Source of the DNA: Flavobacteriales bacterium
Lineage (GTDB): Bacteria; Bacteroidota; Bacteroidia; UBA10329
Direction of reading: 5' to 3'
Length of the DNA stretch: 64,000 nucleotides
NCBI GenBank assembly: GCA_021741075.1
Contig: JAIOYO010000014.1
Location: forward strand, 1,110-65,109
Positions 26,718-36,279 of this stretch are shown piece after piece. The notes beneath the pieces were generated by a model. It was given only the letters and a program-made list of their open reading frames with translations, did not search any database and had not been told where the DNA came from. Every line of letters begins with the position of its first letter. Position 1 is the stretch's first letter. A program made the translations under genes and the position numbers.

Positions 26718-28412
26718 TTGAACATGAAAAAAAACTTAGTAGCTTTTGCAGCGTTGCTATTCACCGCAACAAACCTATTGCTTGCGCAGAGCAATGTGGA
26801 AGTGAAGACCGTTGACCTAAATGCGAATGGAAAAACCAAATCATCCCGATTGGTCACCTCCGATTTCAATGCGAGCACAGGCGAGTCTCGGCTCACCTTC
26901 GTGAAGACCGTCTGCGAAGGGGATGAGACAAGAGGGTATGACTCCAAGACGTTCACGGCAAGAGACATCGCTTACAACTTCGAGCATCTGCACTTCGACA
27001 GGGATTTCAATTTCAAGAAGCTGGACACCGAGCAGATTAAAGGATTGAATAACGCCATCATGAAGTATCCGGTGAACGGGAAGGACTTCATTCTCAACTC
27101 CTACTACGGCTATGTGCCGGGGGCCAATGCCAAGGGCGGATGGCTGGGTCAGTTCGAGTATGCCGTAAAGATGTATGCCACCTCAAGGGACGGGTTTTTC
27201 TACTGCGACCAGGTGATTGAGGCGCAGAAGACAGGACTGGAGATTCCCTATCCGGCCGAAAGCGCGGTGTTCAACCACACAACAATGGACGGGGTGACTG
27301 TGCTGACACAGAATAGCCAAACGGAGACCACCGTGAACATCCGCTACTATAATCACAGTGGGGACAAAAAGGCCGAATCGAGCATGAAATTCGACTACGC
27401 TATTGCCTTAAAGGGTATGGTGCTGAAGAACGAGGCAGGTGGCGAAGACATCATCGTCATCGCTCAGCCTACGGGCAAGTACAATAAATACGGCATTAAG
27501 GTAGAAAAGGTGAAGGCCGACCCGCTGGAGTTCGAGTACATCCGCATAGATGCCATTTCAACCAAAGTGAAAGAGCGTTTCACCTTCAAGGCGGTGAGCA
27601 CACAATGGTATCCTGAAGAGGCCGTGGAACACAACGGTGCGGTGTATGCGTTCGGACCAGCGGCTGCCAAGGTGAAGCTGAGCGAGTATCACTTCGGAGG
27701 TATCATGACCACGGAGGGCGGAAGCTTTCAGAACTATCTGCGCATTGACGAACTGGAGAACTACCAGTTCATAAAAGCCAAAGACGGGAACGCAGAGTAC
27801 GTAAAAAGCCTTACACCCGACCAAATGGCTGCTGCCAGCGCTGCGGTGCCTGGCACCAAGGGAGGCAATAATCCCCACGGATTCTTCCGCTTGCAAGAGA
27901 TGAAGTTTGTGGACGATATGCTTTACATCACGGGCCAGAACCTCACCATGGGCAAAGAGGGCGACAACCGCAAGCAGGAGTTCATCATGATGATTAACGG
28001 CAGCGGTGACCTCACCAACCTGTTATATGTGCCTAAATCAAACTACGCCAACTCCAACATGTTCTTTGCTCCTGACAAGAAGTCTATGTACTGGGCCATC
28101 TACGATTACAGCGAGCATGAGGTTCATGCCTACCGGAAGATTCCCGTGCAGATTATCACTGGTTTTGTGAAGGGCGGGGACGACCATGCCATGGTCGGAA
28201 AAAGAAAAATCGATGAAGGCCCGATGCTGCAAATTGTGCGTTTCGACCTTACCAACAAGACGGCTGGCCCCTTGGAGACGTTCGGTAAGGATGAGTACAC
28301 CCTTTTTGAGGAAAGTCCTGTACTTTATGCTAATGATAAAGAGGTGGTGTTTCTTGGCTTGGCAGGAAAAGTGAAAGAGCGTGTTACAAAAGTCATAAGC
28401 CTTAAGTTTTAA
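26718..28412 (+). CDS. Secreted protein of unknown function (orphan, compositionally atypical)
   Basis: 564-aa ORF with signal peptide 'LVAFAALLFTATNLLLAQS'. I recognise no family motif. Codon usage is G/C3-rich (AAG, GAC, TTC, CTG), unlike the neighbours. Confidence 0.7.
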   Translation: MNMKKNLVAFAALLFTATNLLLAQSNVEVKTVDLNANGKTKSSRLVTSDFNASTGESRLTFVKTVCEGDETRGYDSKTFTARDIAYNFEHLHFDRDFNFKKLDTEQIKGLNNAIMKYPVNGKDFILNSYYGYVPGANAKGGWLGQFEYAVKMYATSRDGFFYCDQVIEAQKTGLEIPYPAESAVFNHTTMDGVTVLTQNSQTETTVNIRYYNHSGDKKAESSMKFDYAIALKGMVLKNEAGGEDIIVIAQPTGKYNKYGIKVEKVKADPLEFEYIRIDAISTKVKERFTFKAVSTQWYPEEAVEHNGAVYAFGPAAAKVKLSEYHFGGIMTTEGGSFQNYLRIDELENYQFIKAKDGNAEYVKSLTPDQMAAASAAVPGTKGGNNPHGFFRLQEMKFVDDMLYITGQNLTMGKEGDNRKQEFIMMINGSGDLTNLLYVPKSNYANSNMFFAPDKKSMYWAIYDYSEHEVHAYRKIPVQIITGFVKGGDDHAMVGKRKIDEGPMLQIVRFDLTNKTAGPLETFGKDEYTLFEESPVLYANDKEVVFLGLAGKVKERVTKVISLKF

Positions 28413-28486
28413 CTCAGGCAAGAACTTGCTTTAATTCTGAAATCAGTAGCCACTGAATCAGAGAATAGAAAGCTAAATTTGAATAG

Positions 28487-28530
28487 CGAGGCTGCTTGGA
28501 AATAGGTTTTCAAGCAGCCTCGTTCGTTTA
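28487..28530 (+). terminator. Rho-independent terminator
   Basis: 12-bp perfect stem CGAGGCTGCTTG/CAAGCAGCCTCG, 12-nt loop, then TTCGTTT. Lies between convergent genes. Confidence 0.7.
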
Positions 28531-28563
28531 GAATAAATCCCTTTATGGGAGAAAAAGGATAAG

Positions 28564-29169
28564 TTACCCAACCCGTTTCAGAATTCCATAAAACCGCATT
28601 CTAAAATAGCTTTCAAAAGCAGCTTGGAGGTTCAGGCCTTTGGCCGTCAGGTATTCGGGATTGGTGAGTGCATCAAAGAAAAGCTCATCGCTCAGCACCA
28701 TTAGGTCAGGGTTAATATCTTCAAAGGTGCCTTCGGCAATACCGCTGATGTAGAAAGCGCGGAGTTCACTCAGCGCCATCTGTTTAAATGCATTAATAAA
28801 CTCCCACAAATCAGGATACATGGTTTTGAGGTCGGAGAGAAAAGCGTTGCTCACATCTCCTAAGTGTTTTGATGCGTAGGCAACAGCTAGTACGTAGCGT
28901 TCCTGATATGTTTTTGTACTATCTGAAAGAATGGGCTGGAAATGCTTTAGTTCATTTAGCTTCTTGGCAATAACCATCGCCACAATCTCGTGGTGCGATT
29001 CAAAGTGTTTGTACACCGTAGCCTTGGACTTGCCTAGGATAGCTACAACCTCATCTATCGGTACCTCCTTAATGCCTCGTTCAATAAAATGGGGCAGGAG
29101 TTGCTCAATCCATTCGTCCCGTTTCTTCGGGTCTTTTATGCGCTCTTTTGCTACGGATTGTCTTCCCAT
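28564..29169 (-). CDS. TetR/AcrR family transcriptional regulator
   Basis: N-terminal HTH 'IDEVVAILGKSKATVYKHFESHHEIV'. 201 aa. Divergent from alkB. Confidence 0.9.
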   Translation of the reverse strand: MGRQSVAKERIKDPKKRDEWIEQLLPHFIERGIKEVPIDEVVAILGKSKATVYKHFESHHEIVAMVIAKKLNELKHFQPILSDSTKTYQERYVLAVAYASKHLGDVSNAFLSDLKTMYPDLWEFINAFKQMALSELRAFYISGIAEGTFEDINPDLMVLSDELFFDALTNPEYLTAKGLNLQAAFESYFRMRFYGILKRVG

Positions 29170-29175
29170 AAGAAC

Positions 29176-29210
29176 AAAAGTAAACTAAAACACAGGAATA
29201 GTTTACTTTT
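29176..29210. promoter_or_regulatory. Candidate TetR operator in the divergent tetR/alkB promoter region
   Basis: Perfect 12-bp inverted repeat AAAAGTAAACTA-N11-TAGTTTACTTTT in the 85-nt intergenic region. Confidence 0.5.
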
Positions 29211-29254
29211 CAAAATCTTTAGTACTTTCGTCATAGTCTTTAAAACCATTCGTC

Positions 29255-30340
29255 ATGAATCGATTAAAAATGCTCAAGTATCTGTTCGTTTACACAGCAC
29301 CGCTCGTTGCTGGTTTGGGATTTTATTTTAAAGGCCCATGGACGTGGGCGCTTCCAATCTATGCCTACGGTGTCATTCCTTTGGTAGAGCTACTCAACAA
29401 AGGAACGGTCAAAAACATGAGCGAAATGGAGGAGGAAGTGGCTAAGAAAGACCGCATCTATGATTACATGATTTACAGCATGGTACCGCTGCAATGGTTC
29501 ATGTTCATTTTCTTTATGTACACCGTAGAACAAGGAGGTATGAAGGCCTACGAATATGCCGGACTCATTGCCAGCATGGGTATCGGTTGTGCCGCGTTAG
29601 GAATAAACGTTGCGCACGAATTAGGACACAGAAAAAAGCGTTCGGAACAATGGATGAGTAAAGCTCTTTTGCTTACAGCGCAATACATGCACTTCTTTAT
29701 TGAACACAATCGAGGACATCACAAGAATGTGAGCACAGAGGAAGACCCAGCTACTTCGCGCTATGGCGAATTGGTTTACACTTTTTGGTTCCGCTCGGTT
29801 ATAATGGGGTATATCTCCGCATGGAAACTGGAGTTACATCGCCTAAAGAAAGCCGACTTGCCGTGGTATCATTATAGCAACGAGATGATTTTCTACATCT
29901 TCTGTCAAGTTGGATTGTTGGTGGCGGTGGCGCTCATATTCAGCGTTCCAACCATGATAATGACCTTAGTGGCTTCCATTATCGGATTTTCCCTTTTGGA
30001 AGTCATTAATTACGTAGAGCATTACGGTTTGGCGCGCCATAAAAGCGGTAATCAATTCAAAAAAGTGCTGCCAATTCACAGCTGGAATAGCAATCACCCG
30101 ATGGGTCGTTTGCTTTTATTCGAACTCACGCGCCACAGCGACCATCACTACAAAGCCAGTCGCCAGTATCAGATTCTACGTCATTTTGATGATGCACCTC
30201 AAATGCCAACTGGATATCCCGGCATGATAGTGCTAGCGCTTGTTCCGCCTATTTGGTTTGCCGTTATGAATCCACGCGTAAAAGCGTTGCAAAAAAAATA
30301 CCCGGAGGAGTTGAGAATCCCGGTGGCGCAAGCGGCTTAA
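29255..30340 (+). CDS. alkB: Alkane 1-monooxygenase (AlkB, membrane di-iron hydroxylase)
   Basis: All four signature boxes are present: 'HELGHRK', 'EHNRGHH', 'NYVEHYGL' and 'LTRHSDHH'. 361 aa, multi-TM. Confidence 0.85.
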   Translation: MNRLKMLKYLFVYTAPLVAGLGFYFKGPWTWALPIYAYGVIPLVELLNKGTVKNMSEMEEEVAKKDRIYDYMIYSMVPLQWFMFIFFMYTVEQGGMKAYEYAGLIASMGIGCAALGINVAHELGHRKKRSEQWMSKALLLTAQYMHFFIEHNRGHHKNVSTEEDPATSRYGELVYTFWFRSVIMGYISAWKLELHRLKKADLPWYHYSNEMIFYIFCQVGLLVAVALIFSVPTMIMTLVASIIGFSLLEVINYVEHYGLARHKSGNQFKKVLPIHSWNSNHPMGRLLLFELTRHSDHHYKASRQYQILRHFDDAPQMPTGYPGMIVLALVPPIWFAVMNPRVKALQKKYPEELRIPVAQAA

Positions 30341-30597
30341 GAGTGATTGTATTTACCTAAAAGTTCATCAACTAAAGTAACGTATTTCTCCGCGGCATCT
30401 TCTTGGCTCATACTGCTTTTGTCCTTCCAAGCCTTCCATTTAAACTGGCCTTTCATGTCAAACATGCCCGGTTTGGAAGTTATGTTATCTCCAACAGTTG
30501 CTTGCTTGTATAGCCCGTATAAGTTCAAAAATTCTTCGTTTGATGGACGCTCGGTGAGGGTTTTCAATCGTTCAGCCGCTTCTTCTACTTTGCTCAT
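30337..30597 (-). CDS. Acyl-CoA-binding protein (ACBP)
   Basis: 86 aa. 'LYGLYKQATVGD' and 'KWKAWKD' are the ACBP signature segments. Confidence 0.85.
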   Translation of the reverse strand: MSKVEEAAERLKTLTERPSNEEFLNLYGLYKQATVGDNITSKPGMFDMKGQFKWKAWKDKSSMSQEDAAEKYVTLVDELLGKYNHS

Positions 30598-30658
30598 GGT
30601 TGTTTATTGATTTCGTATTGCGATGTTAATTTGAATTTCGATAAATATGAAATCTAAA

Positions 30659-30666
30659 TACATTTG
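30659..30666 (+). promoter_or_regulatory. Bacteroidota -7 promoter box (TAnnTTTG)
   Basis: TACATTTG ends 19 nt upstream of the yebC-family ATG. Confidence 0.35.
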
Positions 30667-30685
30667 CGCATCAATTTAAGCACAC

Positions 30686-31396
30686 ATGGGAAGAGCATTT
30701 GAATACCGGAAAGCAGCGAAAGAAAAACGTTGGGGCAAGATGTCCAGAATATTTCCAAAACTGGGTAAAGCCATTACCATGGCAGCCAAAGAGGGTGGTG
30801 GCGACCCCGCAATGAATGCTGCTTTGCGCACAGCTATTGCCAATGCCAAAGGTCAAAACATGCCTAAGGATAACATTGATGCTGCCATAAAGCGTGCTAC
30901 GGCCAAGGATGCAAGCGACTACACCGAAATAAACTACGAAGGAAAAGGACCTCACGGAGTATTGGTTTTTGTGGAATGTGCCACAGACAATACTACCAGA
31001 ACGGTTGCCAATGTTCGAATGCATTTCAACAAGTTTGATTGTGGACTTGTTCCTACTGGTTCGTTGGAATTCATGTTCAATAGAAAAGCTGTTTTTGAGA
31101 TTGACAAAACGGATAAAATGGACGTGGAGGAGATGGAGTTGGAATTGATTGATGCCGGATTGGAAGAAATTATTGCCGATGAAGAAACCATTTATATTCA
31201 TGGCGATTTCACATCGTTCGGCAAGCTTGCCAGTGCCATCGAAGCTATGGGAATTGAAGTGGTAAAAGCCAGTTTGGAGCGCTTCCCAACAACTGAAGTT
31301 GAGTTTTCTGACGATCAAATGGTCGACATCGAAAAGTTGATTGACCGATTGGAAGATGACGATGACGTGCAAGCTGTCTACACAAACATTGCGTGA
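30686..31396 (+). CDS. YebC/PmpR family DNA-binding transcriptional regulator
   Basis: '[20 protein letters not shown]...' is the canonical YebC N-terminus. 236 aa. Confidence 0.92.
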   Translation: MGRAFEYRKAAKEKRWGKMSRIFPKLGKAITMAAKEGGGDPAMNAALRTAIANAKGQNMPKDNIDAAIKRATAKDASDYTEINYEGKGPHGVLVFVECATDNTTRTVANVRMHFNKFDCGLVPTGSLEFMFNRKAVFEIDKTDKMDVEEMELELIDAGLEEIIADEETIYIHGDFTSFGKLASAIEAMGIEVVKASLERFPTTEVEFSDDQMVDIEKLIDRLEDDDDVQAVYTNIA

Positions 31397-31410
31397 TTCG
31401 CATCACGTTT
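31392..31410 (+). terminator. Weak terminator-like hairpin
   Basis: CGTGAT-TCGC-ATCACG followed by TTT, overlapping the yebC-family stop codon. Confidence 0.3.
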
Positions 31411-31454
31411 AATCCTATTTGAACAACTAGCTTCGTCCTGAAGTTTGACTTTAG

Positions 31455-32192
31455 ATGAAGCTAGTCGTTTTTACATTTTTTAACTTGCTGCTTGCTGCAC
31501 AAGCTAGTGTGGCGCAACAGTCTTCGGGTCTGCATCAACCGTGGACGGAGCTTTTGCAGAAACATGTTGAAACCAATGGCTGGGTGTCGTATAATGGATT
31601 ACGTTCAGACTCCATTAAACTCAATCTTTATCTTCAGGCACTTGCCCAGCAACCGCCTACTGTTAATTGGAGTTGCGAGCAGAAACTTGCCTATTGGATT
31701 AATGCTTACAACGCTTTTACAGCTAAGCTAATTGTTGACAATTATCCCGTTTCCAGCATTAAGGACATTAAGAAAGGAATACCATTTTTCAATTCAGTTT
31801 GGGATTTGAAGTTCTTCGAAATTGGTGATGAGAAGATGAATCTCAATCAGATTGAGCATTCGATTCTACGAAAGCAGTTTGATGAACCTAGAATTCATTT
31901 CTCAATCGTTTGCGCATCCGTTTCGTGTCCTAAATTGAGGAACGAAGCGTTTGAAGCGCAGAAGTTGGAACAACAATTGCAAGACCAAGCCAATGACTTT
32001 ATTAATGATTCAACCAAGAATAAAATTGAAAAGGATCAACTTCAACTTTCATCCATATTTAAGTGGTTTGAGCTGGATTTTACAAAAGAAACAACCTTAA
32101 AGGAGTACATTCAGAAATATGCGAAGCTTAAGTTTGAAGCTACTTCCAAGGTTAAATACATGGACTATAATTGGAATTTGAATGGTGAATAG
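31455..32192 (+). CDS. DUF547 domain protein (secreted)
   Basis: Signal peptide. 'LAYWINAYNAFT', 'HFSIVCASVSCPKL' and 'YNWNLN' are typical of DUF547. Confidence 0.8.
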   Translation: MKLVVFTFFNLLLAAQASVAQQSSGLHQPWTELLQKHVETNGWVSYNGLRSDSIKLNLYLQALAQQPPTVNWSCEQKLAYWINAYNAFTAKLIVDNYPVSSIKDIKKGIPFFNSVWDLKFFEIGDEKMNLNQIEHSILRKQFDEPRIHFSIVCASVSCPKLRNEAFEAQKLEQQLQDQANDFINDSTKNKIEKDQLQLSSIFKWFELDFTKETTLKEYIQKYAKLKFEATSKVKYMDYNWNLNGE

Positions 32193-32673
32193 ACTTGTAA
32201 TACTGTTTTTGTTTGCGCTGCCGCTGGTTTCCTGCGGACAGAAATCCGACTCGTTGTATGAGGAAGTGAAAACGCTCTATAAGAACACGGTTCCCATCAT
32301 TTCAATGGCGGATGCGAAAAAAACAGTTTCTGGAATATTTTTGGATACGCGTGAACCAGCAGAATTTGAAGTCAGTCATTTGCCAAAGGCCAAATTGGTA
32401 GGGTATGATAAGTTCGATTTAGCTTCCGTTGCTACCATTCCAAAGCAAGATACCATCATCGTTTATTGCTCCATTGGTTACCGAAGCGAACGAATAGGAG
32501 AGAAGTTGCAAAATGCAGGATACAAGCACGTTTTTAACCTCTATGGCGGCATATTCAACTGGAAAAATCAAGATGGTGTAGTGGTAGATTCAAAGAATAG
32601 AGTCACTGAAAATGTCCATACTTACAACAAAAATTGGGGACGTTTTCTTAAGAAAGGAGTGAAGGTTTATTAA
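32182..32673 (+). CDS. Rhodanese-like domain protein (exported)
   Basis: 'FLDTREPAEFEVSHLPKA' and active-site loop 'VYCSIGYRS'. 163 aa. Overlaps DUF547 by 11 nt. Confidence 0.8.
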   Translation: MVNRLVILFLFALPLVSCGQKSDSLYEEVKTLYKNTVPIISMADAKKTVSGIFLDTREPAEFEVSHLPKAKLVGYDKFDLASVATIPKQDTIIVYCSIGYRSERIGEKLQNAGYKHVFNLYGGIFNWKNQDGVVVDSKNRVTENVHTYNKNWGRFLKKGVKVY

Positions 32674-33446
32674 TCAGGAAAAACGCCCATCCCAAACAGC
32701 GCAAAGTCGTATTTAACCGGGTCGTTTGGGTCGAATAAGCGCAGCGAAGCGTCCAATTCTTCCACGGCTCTCCAATCATTCTGTGTTCTGTGTAGTAAGC
32801 CAAGTTGCCGCGCATTTCTTCCAGAGTGTACATCCAACGGACAAGAAAGTATGGAGGTTGGAATGCGTTTCCAAAGTCCAAAATCAACTCCTTGGTCATT
32901 GGGTCTAACCAACCACCGTAAGAACATATTCAATCTTTTAGAAGCGGAGCCTTGCAACGGATCCGAAACATGCTTTTGTGTTCGTTTTTGATGTGGAATA
33001 CCAAAGAAAACCTGCTTGAAATGAGTGATGGATTGTAACATGTTTTTATCTTCATTTCCGATTCCTTCTAGGAATACGCCTTCCAAAGAATCGTAAGTAG
33101 AATAGATGTTCCTTAAAGATCGAACAAAGTGCTTCAAGTCTTCGGAATTGAACGTGCGATGCACAAACCCATCCAATGCTTTCAGGTCATTTTCGGAATA
33201 CTCCATTACAAATCTAAACGGTTCGTTTCCCATTCGTTGCATGGCGCTATTTGCGTTTTTTATGATTGTGGGGCGCTGTCCCCAAGCAATTGTTGCAGCA
33301 ATCAATCCGCTAATTTCTATGTCTTTTCGTTCTTCAAAAAGATGTGGAATGGAGATAGGGTCTAATTCAATAAAATGTGGCTGACAGTATTCCAGATACT
33401 TTTCTTCCAACAGTTGCTTAATCTCTTCCTGAGTCATTGTTCTCAA
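32670..33446 (-). CDS. TIGR02757 (DUF2400) family protein
   Basis: 258 aa. The 'DPISIPH...ISGLIAATIAWGQR' and 'CPLDVHS' pattern matches what I recall for TIGR02757. Confidence 0.75.
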   Translation of the reverse strand: MRTMTQEEIKQLLEEKYLEYCQPHFIELDPISIPHLFEERKDIEISGLIAATIAWGQRPTIIKNANSAMQRMGNEPFRFVMEYSENDLKALDGFVHRTFNSEDLKHFVRSLRNIYSTYDSLEGVFLEGIGNEDKNMLQSITHFKQVFFGIPHQKRTQKHVSDPLQGSASKRLNMFLRWLVRPNDQGVDFGLWKRIPTSILSCPLDVHSGRNARQLGLLHRTQNDWRAVEELDASLRLFDPNDPVKYDFALFGMGVFPD

Positions 33447-33556
33447 AAGTAGAAATCAGACAATAGAGTTTAGATGTGAGATACTTGTTTAAAAAGGTTT
33501 GGTTGTCTGAAATCGGCTGCCTGACATCTGAAAACCTGCTACCTATATTTGCCGCC

Positions 33557-35173
33557 ATGCGCACTGCTTCATTTCTGTTTGTTCTAATTTGGTTTTTCGC
33601 CTCATGTGGCCAACGCAGTAACCATTCCGATAAAACCGTTTTCCGATACAACGAGAGCAAAGGAATTACATCGCTAGATCCAGCACAAGCACGCACCATG
33701 GGAAATATTTGGGCAACTACTCAGATTTTCAATGGTTTGGTTCAATTGAACGATAAAATGGAAGTAACGCCATGCATCGCCAAAAGTTGGGAAGTGAGCC
33801 AAGACGGTTTGGTGTACCGGTTTTTTCTTACTAAAGACGTCAAGTTTCATGACCACCAAGCGTTCCAAAATGGAAAGGGTAGAAGCGTAGTGGCTTCCGA
33901 TTTTGAATACAGTTTCGAGCGAATTTTAGACGATGCAACGCTTTCTCCAGGTCGTTGGATTTTCAATGCTGTTGCAGAAAATGGCTTCAAAGCCGTGAAT
34001 GATTCGGTCTTCGAAATTCACCTCACACACGGTTTTCCGCCATTCTTAGGAATCTTGTCTATGCAATATTGCTCGGTCATTCCGAAGGAAGTAGCGGAGA
34101 AATTGGGGAAGGATTTCGCGCGAAATCCTATTGGAACTGGGCCTTTTAAGTTTAAAGAATGGCATGAAGGAATCAAGTTGGTGCTGCATAAGAATGAGAG
34201 CTATTTCGAAGTCGATGCAGCTGGAGAGAAGTTGCCTTACTTGGATGCCGTTGGCGTTTCATTTATTCCTGATCCACAGTCCATTTTCTTAGAGTTTATG
34301 AAAGGCAATTTGGACATGCTTTCTGGCTTAGAAGATGGTAGCTACAAGGATGCACTTATTACCTCTAATGGCAATATTCTACCAGAATTGAAGGAGAAAC
34401 TTGACATGGTCTCTGAACCATTTTTGAATACAGAATACTTGGGTTTCTTGTTGAAAGATTCCGTTGACGGGAAACCAAATCCATTGAATAATAAATCAAT
34501 CCGTCAGGCAATAAACTACGGCTTTGACCGCGTTAAGATGATGCGATACATCCGAAACGACATCGGTTCGCCTGGCGTGCATGGTTTTCTACCAACTGGT
34601 CTACCAGGTGAGGAACTGCGTGCGAAAGGGTATGAATATAATCCTGAGAAATCAAAGCAATTGCTACTTGAAGCAGGCTATCCGAATGGCGTAGGTCTTT
34701 CTGAAATTCCACTTTACACCACCTCTCAGTATTTGGATTTGTGCGAATACATGCAGCATCAGCTTCAAGAGGTTGGAATTAAACTGAGAATAGAAGTCAA
34801 TCCGGGAGCAACACATGGTGCGTTGGTTGCAAATTCACAAGTGGCGTTTTTCCGCAAATCGTGGATTGCGGATTATGCAGATGCTGAAAACTATTTATCG
34901 CTTTTCTATTCCAAAAACCTCACTCCAAACGGACCCAATTACACTCTCTTTTCAAATGTTGAATTCGACCAATTGTACGAAGCATCTCTTTCAACTACTA
35001 CTGATAGTTTACGCTATCTCTATTACGCACAAATGGACAGTATAATTGTAGAGGAAGCTCCGGTAGTGGTTTTGTATTACGATCAAGTGTTGCGCTTCAT
35101 TCATAAAGATGTGTCGGGATTGAGTTCAAATTCCATGAACGGACTCTCGCTCAAATCGGTCCGAAAAGACTAA
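33557..35173 (+). CDS. ABC transporter substrate-binding protein, family 5 (peptide/nickel type) lipoprotein
   Basis: Start at the ATG at 33557 gives lipoprotein signal 'FVLIWFFASCGQ'. 'LDPAQA', 'GLVQLNDKMEVTPCIAKSWEVS' and 'KFHD' are typical of SBP_bac_5. Confidence 0.85.
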   Translation: MRTASFLFVLIWFFASCGQRSNHSDKTVFRYNESKGITSLDPAQARTMGNIWATTQIFNGLVQLNDKMEVTPCIAKSWEVSQDGLVYRFFLTKDVKFHDHQAFQNGKGRSVVASDFEYSFERILDDATLSPGRWIFNAVAENGFKAVNDSVFEIHLTHGFPPFLGILSMQYCSVIPKEVAEKLGKDFARNPIGTGPFKFKEWHEGIKLVLHKNESYFEVDAAGEKLPYLDAVGVSFIPDPQSIFLEFMKGNLDMLSGLEDGSYKDALITSNGNILPELKEKLDMVSEPFLNTEYLGFLLKDSVDGKPNPLNNKSIRQAINYGFDRVKMMRYIRNDIGSPGVHGFLPTGLPGEELRAKGYEYNPEKSKQLLLEAGYPNGVGLSEIPLYTTSQYLDLCEYMQHQLQEVGIKLRIEVNPGATHGALVANSQVAFFRKSWIADYADAENYLSLFYSKNLTPNGPNYTLFSNVEFDQLYEASLSTTTDSLRYLYYAQMDSIIVEEAPVVVLYYDQVLRFIHKDVSGLSSNSMNGLSLKSVRKD

Positions 35174-36279
35174 TCATTCTTATTCAGAATGGTAGAAACT
35201 GCCAAATGGTCCGACAATTCGTAAGGATGAACCGTATGGTTGGAGGCCACGAAATCATCCGAAAAAAGAATATTATCAATTCTAAAAAAAGGAACTTTAA
35301 CAAAGGTGTTTCCAATACCATGGCCACTTTCAGCAAAGCTGTCGTTTAATCCTGAAGCCAGCGTTTGATACGCATAAGATGTTGGCACATCATTAAAATC
35401 GCCACATAAAATCATTGGAAAAGGGCAATTGTTTATGTGAGTTTTGACCAGCTCGGCTTGCTCGGCTCTCTTCTGGAATCCGTGAATCATTTGCTTGATA
35501 ATATTTTTGCCCCCAACCACATCTTTGAGTTCCTGTGTTTGCATGATTTCATCTAGCACAGCGTAGCCTTCTCTTCCAATTCTTATACTTTGTAAATGCA
35601 GGTTGTAGACTCTTACGGTGTCTTCATTAATGCGCAAATCAGTGAATAAGCAAAGGTTTCCATACGTGTCTTCGAAGTCAATTATTCCTTTCCCAACTAT
35701 GGGATAACTACTCAACGTTGCCATTCCCCAAAGCTGTTTTTTGTTCAGCTTGTCTGTGTAATTTTCTACATGCATGTGTTTGAGGCTATTTACCTCAAGC
35801 AGTGTATCTATGGTAGGAAAATAGCCAGTGTTGTCGTGATAGAATTCTTGAAAACAGAGAATATTTGGCTGCTGTTTGAATAGAAAGTCATAAATCCAAT
35901 GGCGAGTGTTCTTATTGTGAGTCCAATTGTAGTAATCAAATAGTCGAACGTTGTACGTCATTACTTTCATTCCTTCGGTAGATGAATCTTCTTTGAGGTT
36001 GAACTGCAATGTTGCCGAAACTAAGTTCCATTTAAGTAGCAGAAAAGCTATGTTTAGGAACAAATACCACTTCCTACGCAAAAGCCAATAACCAACAAAT
36101 AGTATAGTCAACATAAGTGCAATAGGGTAACCCATAGCTGCAAAGGCAAGAGGCCAAAGCTTTTCTGGGCTAATTATTCCCGCCATGTAGGTAATTGAAA
36201 GAATAATTAATGCGAACGCATTGAGAACTATCACAAAGCGGTCTACAATGTCTCGCTTTTTCATCCTGCCTTCTTTCAT
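35170..36279 (-). CDS. Endonuclease/exonuclease/phosphatase (EEP) family membrane protein
   Basis: N-terminal TM helices, then 'MKVMTYNVRLF', 'ILCFQEF', 'CGDFND' and 'SDHLAV'. Confidence 0.8.
   Translation of the reverse strand: MKEGRMKKRDIVDRFVIVLNAFALIILSITYMAGIISPEKLWPLAFAAMGYPIALMLTILFVGYWLLRRKWYLFLNIAFLLLKWNLVSATLQFNLKEDSSTEGMKVMTYNVRLFDYYNWTHNKNTRHWIYDFLFKQQPNILCFQEFYHDNTGYFPTIDTLLEVNSLKHMHVENYTDKLNKKQLWGMATLSSYPIVGKGIIDFEDTYGNLCLFTDLRINEDTVRVYNLHLQSIRIGREGYAVLDEIMQTQELKDVVGGKNIIKQMIHGFQKRAEQAELVKTHINNCPFPMILCGDFNDVPTSYAYQTLASGLNDSFAESGHGIGNTFVKVPFFRIDNILFSDDFVASNHTVHPYELSDHLAVSTILNKND

Noticed and set aside
26512-26968. Minus-strand ORFs of 65 and 101 aa in and around the spacer upstream of the orphan gene.
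   Set aside because: They show no motifs, lie in low-GC spacer or overlap the start of the plus-strand gene, and have no sensible start context.
26528-28488. Possible target-site or att-like direct repeats flanking the GC-rich orphan gene (AATTTGAAATAGG at 26528-26540 vs AATTTGAATAGCG at 28476-28488).
   Set aside because: The match is short, imperfect and AT-rich, and the right copy overlaps the terminator stem. This is not enough to claim an insertion boundary.
30671-31372. 233-aa minus-strand ORF almost exactly antisense to the yebC-family gene.
   Set aside because: The plus-strand product is an unmistakable YebC protein. The antisense product is Cys/His/Phe-rich with no motif, as expected for a chance shadow ORF.
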